From the NCBI RefSeq assembly GCF_014280175.1, contig NZ_CP047931.1, positions 1,830,001 through 1,862,000 on the forward strand: a stretch of 32,000 bases of DNA. The letters run 5' to 3'. Of this stretch, positions 10,547 to 19,131 are shown one piece after another; the first letter of the stretch is position 1; the number at the start of each line of letters is the position of its first letter. This DNA is from Synechococcus sp. A15-28 (GTDB lineage Bacteria; Cyanobacteriota; Cyanobacteriia; PCC-6307; Cyanobiaceae). Below the pieces are notes generated by a model that worked only from the letters and a program-made list of their open reading frames with translations, made no database searches and was not told where the DNA came from. Made by a program: the position numbers and the translations under genes.

Positions 10547-11377
10547 TCAGAGGCTGCGGTTGAGCTTGCCGCTCACCAGGCCCTCCAGATCCAGGCTGAC
10601 GGAGGTGAACCCCATATCCAGCAGGCTGCTGACCAGGGGTTCCTTTGCGTTGAGAGCCAGCAGATCATCCAGTCGATCCTGGGGCACCTCGATGCGAGCC
10701 GAGAGGCCCTGACTGCGCACCCTCACCCTGGGAAAACCTCGATCCAGCAGCCAGGCTTCCGCCTGGCCGACCCGCTTGAGCCGCTCGGCACTGATGCTCT
10801 CGCCGTAGGGAAAACGGGATGCGAGGCAGGGCTGGGCCGGCTTGTCCCACCAGGGGAAGCCAAGGGCTGACGACAGCTGACGGATCGCGGCCTTATCGAT
10901 CGCCAACTCCGCCAAGGGCGAGCGCACCCCGGCCTGCCGGGCCGCCTCGATGCCGGGGCGATGGTCACCCAGGTCATCCAGATTCACCCCATCCACCACC
11001 AACGCCCCACCGGCGGCGGCCGCGATGGGCTGGAGGTGGTGATGCAACTCCCGCTTGCAGGCAAAACAGCGGTCGGTGGGATTGCTGCTGTAGTCGGGAT
11101 CGTTGAGCTCGCGGGTTGAACACTCCTGATGGCGGATGCCGATCCACTGCGCCTGAGCCCGCGCTTCCTGCAACAGATGGGGGGCCAGAGCCGGCGACAC
11201 CCCGGTCACCGCAACTGCAGAATCCCCCTTCTGCTCATGGGCGATCGCCGCCACCAGGGTGCTGTCCACACCACCGGAATAGGCCACGCACAGGGCCTCC
11301 TGTGACGCCAGCCAGCTGCGCAACTGCTGAAGCAGATCGGCCTCCCGGGGCGGCAAAGATTCCTGCAGCCGGAACAT
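10547..11377 (-). CDS. LarE-family PP-loop ATP-utilising enzyme (TIGR00268-like sulfur transferase)
   Basis: Motifs are the PP-loop VAYSGGVDST, CFACK, DHRPG and PCLASRFPYG...RVR...ARIE. The start is taken at ATG 11375-11377 (MFRLQ) rather than the TTG at 11413. Confidence 0.7.
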   Translation of the reverse strand: MFRLQESLPPREADLLQQLRSWLASQEALCVAYSGGVDSTLVAAIAHEQKGDSAVAVTGVSPALAPHLLQEARAQAQWIGIRHQECSTRELNDPDYSSNPTDRCFACKRELHHHLQPIAAAAGGALVVDGVNLDDLGDHRPGIEAARQAGVRSPLAELAIDKAAIRQLSSALGFPWWDKPAQPCLASRFPYGESISAERLKRVGQAEAWLLDRGFPRVRVRSQGLSARIEVPQDRLDDLLALNAKEPLVSSLLDMGFTSVSLDLEGLVSGKLNRSL

Positions 11378-11430
11378 CAGCAGAACAACCCGGGCGATCT
11401 CGGTAGGCTCCAACGGTAAGAGCCGGGACC

Positions 11431-12579
11431 ATGCCCCGAAGCATCGGCATCGTGACGGCGGCGGACAGCCGCGAGCGCAGCCATGGTCAGCTGCACATCT
11501 ACGACGGTGAGGGCAAAGGCAAGAGCCAGGCCGCGCTGGGGGTGGTGCTGCGCACCATCGGGTTGGGCATCTGTGAGCAGCGACGCACCCGGGTGCTGCT
11601 GCTGCGCTTCCTCAAGGGCCCCGGCCGGGCCTACGACGAAGATGCTGCCATCGAAGCCCTCCAGCAGGGATTCCCCCATCTGATCGACCATCTGCGCACG
11701 GGCCGGGCCGATCACTTCACCGCCGATGAGGCCACCCGCTTCGACCGGGAGGAAGCCCAGCGTGGCTGGGTGATCGCCAAAGGGGCCATCGCCAGCGCGT
11801 TGTACTCGGTGGTGGTGCTGGATGAACTCAACCCCGTGCTGGATCTGGGGTTGCTGGATGTGGAGGACGTGGTCAACACCCTCAGGCAGCGACCCGAGGG
11901 CATGGAAATCATCGTGACCGGCCGTGCGGCACCGGCACCGCTGGTGCGGGTGGCGGATCTGCATTCCGAGATGCGGGCGCACCGGCGGCCGGGGCTGGAA
12001 GAGGAGCGGGTGATCCCGCTCAACATGAGCAGCGGCATTGAGATCTACACCGGCGAGGGCAAGGGCAAATCCACCAGCGCCCTCGGCAAGGCGCTGCAGG
12101 CGATTGGCCGCGGCATCAGCCAGGACAAGAGCCACCGGGTGCTGATCCTGCAGTGGCTGAAAGGGGGCAGCGGCTACACCGAGGACGCCGCCATCGCGGC
12201 CCTGCGGGACAGCTATCCCCATCTGGTGGATCACCTCCGTTCCGGCCGTGATGCCATCGTCTGGCGCGGCCAGCAGGAACCGATCGATTACGTGGAGGCG
12301 GAACGGGCCTGGGAGATCGCCCGCGCTGCCATCTCAAGCGGGCTGTACAAAACGGTGATCCTCGATGAGCTCAATCCAACGGTGGATCTGGAGCTGCTGC
12401 CGGAGGAGCCGATCGTGCAGACCCTGCTGCGCAAACCGACGGAAACTGAAGTGATCATCACCGGACGCTGCAAGAACCAACCGGCCTATTTCGATCTGGC
12501 CAGCATTCACTCTGAAATGGTCTGCCACAAGCACTACGCCGAGCAGGGTGTGGACCTTAAGCGGGGTGTGGACTATTGA
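11431..12579 (+). CDS. cobO: Cob(I)yrinic acid a,c-diamide adenosyltransferase, tandem two-domain form
   Basis: Two consecutive CobA/CobO-like halves each have a P-loop-like IY(D/T)GEGKGKS..ALG, an LKG motif and VVLDELN/VILDELN. Each half also has a (V/I)TGR...SEM tail. The product is 382 aa. Confidence 0.8.
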   Translation: MPRSIGIVTAADSRERSHGQLHIYDGEGKGKSQAALGVVLRTIGLGICEQRRTRVLLLRFLKGPGRAYDEDAAIEALQQGFPHLIDHLRTGRADHFTADEATRFDREEAQRGWVIAKGAIASALYSVVVLDELNPVLDLGLLDVEDVVNTLRQRPEGMEIIVTGRAAPAPLVRVADLHSEMRAHRRPGLEEERVIPLNMSSGIEIYTGEGKGKSTSALGKALQAIGRGISQDKSHRVLILQWLKGGSGYTEDAAIAALRDSYPHLVDHLRSGRDAIVWRGQQEPIDYVEAERAWEIARAAISSGLYKTVILDELNPTVDLELLPEEPIVQTLLRKPTETEVIITGRCKNQPAYFDLASIHSEMVCHKHYAEQGVDLKRGVDY

Positions 12580-12631
12580 GATCTTGACAAGGTTTTTGTA
12601 GAGTTTGTATGCGGAAATCTTTAAATCACCA

Positions 12632-12649
12632 TTGGCTGAGGCCAGCCAA
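12632..12649. terminator. Small hairpin between the convergent cobO and ParA-like genes
   Basis: TTGGCTG-aggc-CAGCCAA is a 7-bp stem with a 4-nt loop. On the minus strand it is followed by the T-containing stretch gtgatttaaagattt. There is no clean U-tract. Confidence 0.25.
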
Positions 12650-12662
12650 GCAAATCGTTAGT

Positions 12663-13358
12663 TCAGGCAGCCATACGTTGTTCCAAGGGTGTGAAATCCC
12701 ATCCAATTGGTGACTGGATTGGATTTAGCTTTTTGTGCTCTTCGTATAAATCTTCGATTTCTTTACAGGCCGAGCTATATGCAGTCCAGCCCATCATCCG
12801 GCGTGGATTAGCTCGCCCACGGCTGTCAATTGCCTGATCAACAGTGACTCCTTCTGTTTCTGCTTGCTCAAATGCACTTAGCAACGGAATCTGTGCATCA
12901 AGAACATTTATGTCGAATCCTTCAAGACATTCTTTAGCGCTTTTGGCAGCAGCTCCTTTACGTGAGTCAACTTTTACAAGAAGTGCGGCATATGGGATCT
13001 TGTATTGATTGATCGTCTGTGCCATCTCAATTGTCAATTCGACTGATCGACTTTGTGTAGTCGTAGGCAGCAAAACGAAGTCAGCACCCTCTACCAAATT
13101 CTTCATCTCTTCTTCGTTGGTGCTCGCTTGTCCATCTGTGACTACGATCTCTGCTGATCGAGTGGCTTTTGCTGCTGCTTCAATCGGCACAACTGGGCAA
13201 GGCAAGAGTCCTCTGGCTCCGTAGGCAGTGGCCGATCGATTTCGGTCGGCATCAACCAGGACGACCCGTTTTTGGCGATGACTCCAACTTGCTGCGATGT
13301 GAACGCTGCTACACGTTTTGGCGACACCCCCTTTCTGACCAAAAACAGTGATGAACAT
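12663..13358 (-). CDS. ParA/Soj-family partition-type ATPase (orphan, no ParB seen)
   Basis: The 231-aa product has the deviant Walker A FGQKGGVAKT followed by VVLVDADRN. The gene has a low-GC composition. Confidence 0.75.
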   Translation of the reverse strand: MFITVFGQKGGVAKTCSSVHIAASWSHRQKRVVLVDADRNRSATAYGARGLLPCPVVPIEAAAKATRSAEIVVTDGQASTNEEEMKNLVEGADFVLLPTTTQSRSVELTIEMAQTINQYKIPYAALLVKVDSRKGAAAKSAKECLEGFDINVLDAQIPLLSAFEQAETEGVTVDQAIDSRGRANPRRMMGWTAYSSACKEIEDLYEEHKKLNPIQSPIGWDFTPLEQRMAA

Positions 13359-14009
13359 CAGACAGCAACCAATGACTCATTCGCAGGATCGCGTTCTTTT
13401 TCCGGGAAGGCAATGCTGGGTTATTGCTGCTTCAGCCCGATGACTGCCACCCAGATCTGGGTCACCCGTTGTTGTGGGGTTAGCTCTCAAGCGATCCCCA
13501 TCATTGGAGCCAACCACTCGGCATGAAGTGCTGCGAGCACTGACATGTCAAAGGCATGCACCGCTGGGTTGGTCTTGTCTACCACCCACAGGAGTCCAAA
13601 GGGTGCGTTGATGGCCAGCTGCAGCCGCCACCGCCACGTGATGACCTTCCAGGTCTTCTGAAGGATCGAGTTCTTGTACATGGCTGAGTTGAACCTAAAT
13701 TGTTTGGACCCTATCCAGCTGTGCATCCATATCGCTGATCAACCCACCGGTCACGCAAGTCATTCCTGTGCAGATCGATCAGGCAACAGGTCGATCCTTC
13801 ACCTCCGCACCGCCAAGCTCTCAGATGGCGCCAAGGTCACCCGAGAAGAGAGCTGTCATCGCTAAGCGGACTCATCATCCGGCCATCTCAGCGCTCAATC
13901 GGAGAGCAGCACCCAGCAACGCCTCTGATATTCCTTCCCGCACTTGCCTCGTTGGCGATCGCCTCTTGTCACGACGGCGACAAGTGGAGGTTAATAGCCT
14001 CCGAAATAG

Positions 14010-14042
14010 GGCGTGGACCTCAAGAACGGCGTGGACTACTGA
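14010..14042 (+). pseudogene. Relic copy of the cobO 3' terminus (encodes GVDLKNGVDY-stop)
   Basis: Hand alignment gives 26/33 identities to cobO 12547-12579 (GVDLKRGVDY-stop), and both copies end in TGA. Four of the seven differences are synonymous third-position changes and the other three fall in one codon (cgg to aac). An in-frame TAG lies immediately upstream (14007-14009). Confidence 0.55.
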
Positions 14043-14161
14043 AAGCGAAGTGAATAAGCTGATAAGTTTTCAATCAAATTCCGTATCTTTTTGCTGTAAA
14101 AGCTTTCCAAAAGGAGCTTCACGGCAAGAAGAGAAATCGACAGGACAAAATTTATTTTCCC

Positions 14162-14226
14162 TTTAACCTTGAAAAAACCAGTCAATAATTCGATCTTAAA
14201 CTAGAAGGATGCTCTAGAGCTACATT
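14162..14226 (+). promoter_or_regulatory. Candidate Pho box (PhoB/SphR-type) plus -10 element upstream of ptxA
   Basis: Four 8-bp units lie in 11-bp phase: TTTAACCT (14162), AAAAACCA (14173), AATAATTC (14184) and CTTAAACT (14195). They score 8/8, 5/8, 5/8 and 7/8 against PyTTAAPyPy(T/A). TACATT at 14221-14226 lies 18 bp after the last unit. Confidence 0.3.
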
Positions 14227-14251
14227 TACCCTATCAGCAAAGATGAATTAA

Positions 14252-14998
14252 TTGAAACCTTCCGCGCTCTCGGCTAATTCGATACATCTAGACTACAACA
14301 ATATTGCCGCACTTAACGATATTAATCTAACAATCAATAGCGGCGAAGTCACCATACTCCTTGGATCCTCCGGAGCAGGTAAATCGTCATTACTAAAAAC
14401 ACTCAATTTTCTAAACCGACCAACGAAAGGCTGGATTAGCAACTCGTCTGTAGGTCGCATTGACTCCTCCAAAAAGCTAAGAGATCACCGAAAAATGACC
14501 GGCATGATCTTTCAACAACACCAATTAATAGAGCGAAATACTGCACTTTGCAATGTAATGATGGGTCGTCTTGGATATTTTTCATTTTGGCGATCACTCC
14601 TGCCGCTGCCTGTTGCAGACCAATTACGTTGTATCGATTGTTTAGATCGAGTTGGCCTTTTGGATAAGGCATTAACGACTGTCTCGTCATTAAGTGGCGG
14701 ACAACCACAGAGGGTTGGAATTGCACGTGCCTTGGCACAGCAACCCAGAATAATGCTGGCTGACGAGCCAATAGCAAGTTTAGATCCTCAGAGCTCTCAT
14801 CAAATCCTAGGCTTATTAACTGACATATGTAAATCAGACAATATTGCCATGGTAATCAGCCTTCATCAAGTGGAATTCGCGAAACAATACGGTGACCGAA
14901 TAATTGGACTTTCAGGCGGCAAAATAATATGTGATAAAAGTCCATCTTCGCTTTCTGCAGACGAATTTGATGCAATTTATACTCCATCTCCAAGATAA
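14252..14998 (+). CDS. ptxA: Phosphite/phosphonate ABC transporter ATP-binding protein
   Basis: Motifs are Walker A GSSGAGKSS, the signature LSGGQPQRVGIARAL and Walker B IMLADEP. The start is TTG 14252. An in-frame ATG at 14243 is cut off by TAA 14249-14251. The gene is first in a phnCDE-like set that ends with ptxD. Confidence 0.85.
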   Translation: MKPSALSANSIHLDYNNIAALNDINLTINSGEVTILLGSSGAGKSSLLKTLNFLNRPTKGWISNSSVGRIDSSKKLRDHRKMTGMIFQQHQLIERNTALCNVMMGRLGYFSFWRSLLPLPVADQLRCIDCLDRVGLLDKALTTVSSLSGGQPQRVGIARALAQQPRIMLADEPIASLDPQSSHQILGLLTDICKSDNIAMVISLHQVEFAKQYGDRIIGLSGGKIICDKSPSSLSADEFDAIYTPSPR

Positions 14999-15037
14999 AT
15001 GAAGAGACCTTTTCATTGGTTCGAATTCCTTTCCTTG

Positions 15038-15974
<937 letters not shown>

Positions 15975-15982
15975 TTAAACTT

Positions 15983-16008
15983 GCTCTCTCTTCATTAGAA
16001 GAGAGAGC
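15983..16008 (+). other. Perfect 11-bp stem-loop between ptxB and ptxC
   Basis: GCTCTCTCTTC-atta-GAAGAGAGAGC is followed by TTT. It lies 9 nt after the ptxB stop. Confidence 0.6.
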
Positions 16009-16036
16009 TTTACTTCTTCATTGCTTGATTATCGCT

Positions 16037-16840
16037 ATGACCAACAGCCAGTATCAACTAATCAGACATAATCTAAGCCGACGCCGCCTTCAAATGTTCT
16101 ACAGATATACGTTTATCTTGATAACTGTTGCTGTTGGTTTTGGCTTTGCAGGGCTTTTCAACGTCGAACGTCTGGTAGATGGAATTCCTTCAATTTGGAA
16201 ACTCTTATCAGAAATGATCCCACCAGATTTTAGTCGGTGGAAAGAGTGGTTTATTCCCCTGTTGGACTCACTTGCCATGAGCATTGCTGGTACGGCGATC
16301 GCAGTGTTTATATCATTACCACTATGCTTACTTGCAGCTAGAAATACAGCACCCAACAAATTTCTTTTCTATATTGCTCGTCTCATCCTGAATTTCTCTA
16401 GAGCAATTCCAGAGTTGATTATGGGAATGATTTTCGTAGCGGCTGTAGGATTTGGCAAACTTCCGGGAACACTCGCCCTAGGCCTCCACTCGGTTGGCAT
16501 GGTTGGAAAGTTTTTTGCTGAATCAATTGAATTAAGCAGTCCTTTACCTGTTGAGGCAGCACGTGCAGCTGGAGCTAATCATGCTCAAGTCATCTACCAC
16601 AGCATTCTTCCTCAGGTTCTCCCACAGATGGCAGATGTGACATTTTATCGATGGGAATACAATTTTCGAGCGTCAATGGTTGTAGGCGCCGTTGGCGCTG
16701 GTGGCATTGGCCTTGAAATTATCAGCTCACTTCGCTTAATCAAGTATCAAGAAGTTTGTGCACTTCTGATTGTTGTTTTGATAATGGTGACCATGGTAGA
16801 TAGCCTTAGCAATTACCTTAGAAAAAACTTTGTAGGATGA
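16037..16840 (+). CDS. ptxC: Phosphite/phosphonate ABC transporter permease
   Basis: The product is a PhnE-like polytopic membrane protein. Its stop overlaps the ptxD start (ATGA at 16837-16840). ATG 16037 is preferred over TTG 16025. Confidence 0.85.
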   Translation: MTNSQYQLIRHNLSRRRLQMFYRYTFILITVAVGFGFAGLFNVERLVDGIPSIWKLLSEMIPPDFSRWKEWFIPLLDSLAMSIAGTAIAVFISLPLCLLAARNTAPNKFLFYIARLILNFSRAIPELIMGMIFVAAVGFGKLPGTLALGLHSVGMVGKFFAESIELSSPLPVEAARAAGANHAQVIYHSILPQVLPQMADVTFYRWEYNFRASMVVGAVGAGGIGLEIISSLRLIKYQEVCALLIVVLIMVTMVDSLSNYLRKNFVG

Positions 16841-17820
16841 CTACCAAAGATCAAAAGTCCAAAGTTGTGATTACGCACCGAGTAGATCCACGGATTATAC
16901 GCACTTTAGAAACATCTTTTCATGTAATAACTAATCAGACAAGCCATACACTTGATCGAAGCGAAATACTTGCAAGATGCAGGGATGCCGTTGGCTTGAT
17001 GGTCTTCATGCCCGACAGCATTGACGAGGATTTCCTCTGTCAATGTCCTCGCCTAAAGACGATTGCGGGCGCATTAAGGGGTTACGACAACTTTGATATT
17101 GATGCTTGCCGGTCTCATGGAGTCAACTTCACTATTGTGCCCGATTTATTGGCTCAACCTACTGCCGAGCTAGCCCTTGCCCTAGTTCTGGCGCTTGGAC
17201 GTCGATTGTTGGAGGGAGACGATTACATGCGTTCCGGTGAGTTTCACGGATGGAGACCAAAGCTATACAGCTTTGGCGTCATGAAAAGGAGGATTGGTGT
17301 CGTAGGGATGGGGCGCCTTGGTAGAGCTTTTACCCGAGTTGTCTCGGGATTAGACTGCACAGTGAAATATTATGATCAACAACAACTGAATCCTGATTTG
17401 CACCAAGAGCTAGGCGTTGAATATTTAAACTTTGAAAGCCTTCTCAAGTGGAGTGATTATTTAGTAATGATGCTGCCCCTCACAGAGTCGACGCATCATT
17501 TAATTAATAAAGACAGCTTATCCCTTTTAAAACGAGGATCTTTCCTTGTCAACGTTGGGCGTGGATCTACGGTTGACGAGATAGCAGTAGCAGATTCTTT
17601 AGATAGTGGTCTTCTTGCGGGTTACGCTGCTGACGTTTTCGAAATGGAAGACTGGGTTCGCGAGGATCGTCCTAATGCAATCAATTCTCGCTTAATCGAA
17701 AGCAAGTCAAATACTTTTTTCACTCCACATGTCGGATCAGCCGTGTCAGACATCCGCTATGAAATCGAGTTAGAAGCAGCTCAATCACTACTTAGTTCAG
17801 CCCCGAATTCTATTAATTAA
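16837..17820 (+). CDS. ptxD: NAD-dependent phosphite dehydrogenase
   Basis: The protein collinearly resembles my recollection of Pseudomonas stutzeri PtxD. Shared blocks are VITHRV, TNQT, ILARCRDA, FMPD, GYDNFDIDAC, VPDLLAQPTAELA and SGEFHGWRP. The Rossmann motif is GVVGMGRLG. Catalytic-position motifs are VGRGSTVDE, GYAADVFEMEDW and FTPHVGSAV. Confidence 0.88.
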   Translation: MTTKDQKSKVVITHRVDPRIIRTLETSFHVITNQTSHTLDRSEILARCRDAVGLMVFMPDSIDEDFLCQCPRLKTIAGALRGYDNFDIDACRSHGVNFTIVPDLLAQPTAELALALVLALGRRLLEGDDYMRSGEFHGWRPKLYSFGVMKRRIGVVGMGRLGRAFTRVVSGLDCTVKYYDQQQLNPDLHQELGVEYLNFESLLKWSDYLVMMLPLTESTHHLINKDSLSLLKRGSFLVNVGRGSTVDEIAVADSLDSGLLAGYAADVFEMEDWVREDRPNAINSRLIESKSNTFFTPHVGSAVSDIRYEIELEAAQSLLSSAPNSIN

Positions 17821-17829
17821 TTTTTTTGT

Positions 17830-17860
17830 GAGAGTTCACGGTACTCTCGTGATTCTTTTT
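17830..17860 (+). terminator. Candidate rho-independent terminator after ptxD
   Basis: GAGAGT-tcacggt-ACTCTC is a 6-bp stem (extendable by G-U pairs), followed by gtgattcTTTTT. Confidence 0.4.
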
Positions 17861-17997
17861 ATCGGCCTAGCCTGATCGCGGCCGAACAACTCACCCAAAT
17901 ACAAAGCTTTTAGGAATAAATACACGAAATGACCTATTACTGGCATTGACGAATGATTTGAGTATGTGTGCACGGCATGAATGACTGAATCAATCGA

Positions 17998-19131
17998 TCA
18001 GTAACGCGGCACGGTCTGATCCACCTGCACGGACCAGGCATCGATGCCGCCATCGACGTTGGTGGCCGTGATGCCCTGCTCAGCCAGCAGCTCCACGGCC
18101 TGGGCGGAACGGCCGCCGAGTTTGCAGTGGACGTAAAGGCGCCCGGTTTCCGCCATTCCGCGGATGCGTTCGATCGCCTCACCGCTTTTGATCGTGGCCA
18201 GAGGAATCAGCACTGCCCCAGGGATCACAGCCACCTCGGCTTCGGCGGGGTTGCGCACATCCAGTAGCACCACATCGTCTGCCGAGCCATCCAGCAGCGA
18301 CTTGAGCTCGATCACGCTGATGCTGTCCATGGGGGGCGCCGTCGCTCGGCAGAACTGCTGGTAGTCAATCAAGCGATCGATCGCCGGCCGATCCGGGTCA
18401 CGCCGCAGCGTCAGCTCACGGAAACGCATCGTCAGGGCATCCACCACCAGCAAGCGACCATCCAGGCTCCGGCCGATGCCGGTGATCAGCTTGATCGCCT
18501 CCGTCGCCTGAATCAAGCCGATCAGCCCGGGCATCACCCCCATCACCCCGGCCTCCGCGCAGGACGGCACCTGCTCCACCGGCGGTGGCTCCGGCAGCAG
18601 ATCGCGGTAGTTGGGGCTGTCCGGCGTGCGGTTGAACACCGATGCCTGGCCGTCAAAGCGCTGCACCGATCCATAGATCAAGGGCTTTCCCTGCAAGACG
18701 CAGGCGTCGTTCACCAGGTACCGCGTCGGGAAATTGTCCGAGCCATCACACACCAGGTCGTATGCCGATATCAGTTCGAGGGCGTTCTCCCGATCCAGCA
18801 TCTGCTCATGCAGCACCACCTGACAGTGGGGATTGAGCTCCTGCAGCCTGTGCGCGGCGGAGCGCCCCTTGGATTGGCCGAGCCAGTCCATCCCATGAAT
18901 CACCTGCCGCTGCAGGTTCGACAGCTCCACGACATCCCCATCGACGATGCCGATCCGGCCGACACCTGCGGCGGCCAGATACAGCAGCAGCGGTGAGCCC
19001 AGACCACCGGCGCCAACGCAGAGCACGGACGACGCCTTGAGCCGTTCCTGTCCGGCATGACCCACCTCCGGCAGCATCAGGTGGCGGGCATAACGGCTCC
19101 GCTCCTCCCCACTCAGTTCCTCAATCGACAT
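17998..19131 (-). CDS. moeB: ThiF/MoeB-family adenylyltransferase fused to a C-terminal rhodanese domain (MoeZ-like)
   Basis: Motifs are RYARHLMLPEVG, the nucleotide loop VGAGGLGSP and NLQRQ. The rhodanese active-site loop is HCKLGGRS. Confidence 0.85.
   Translation of the reverse strand: MSIEELSGEERSRYARHLMLPEVGHAGQERLKASSVLCVGAGGLGSPLLLYLAAAGVGRIGIVDGDVVELSNLQRQVIHGMDWLGQSKGRSAAHRLQELNPHCQVVLHEQMLDRENALELISAYDLVCDGSDNFPTRYLVNDACVLQGKPLIYGSVQRFDGQASVFNRTPDSPNYRDLLPEPPPVEQVPSCAEAGVMGVMPGLIGLIQATEAIKLITGIGRSLDGRLLVVDALTMRFRELTLRRDPDRPAIDRLIDYQQFCRATAPPMDSISVIELKSLLDGSADDVVLLDVRNPAEAEVAVIPGAVLIPLATIKSGEAIERIRGMAETGRLYVHCKLGGRSAQAVELLAEQGITATNVDGGIDAWSVQVDQTVPRY

Noticed and set aside
12585-12615. 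A possible direct repeat at the island ends (ttgacaaggtttttgtagagtttgtatgc against ttgacgaatgatttgagtatgtgtgc at 17947-17972).
   Set aside because: Only ttgac and short T/G-rich runs coincide, and gaps are needed. This is indistinguishable from chance in AT-rich spacers.
13487-13726. A 79-aa minus-strand ORF upstream of the ParA-like gene.
   Set aside because: It is Trp-rich with an odd composition and no recognisable family. The frame continues through stops downstream. It is treated as a possible pseudogene fragment (see findings), not as a CDS.
13768-14166. A 132-aa plus-strand ORF spanning the cobO-tail relic.
   Set aside because: The product is a Ser/Arg/Ala-rich low-complexity translation. 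It reads the relic in the wrong frame relative to the cobO homology and runs into the AT-rich ptxA promoter region.
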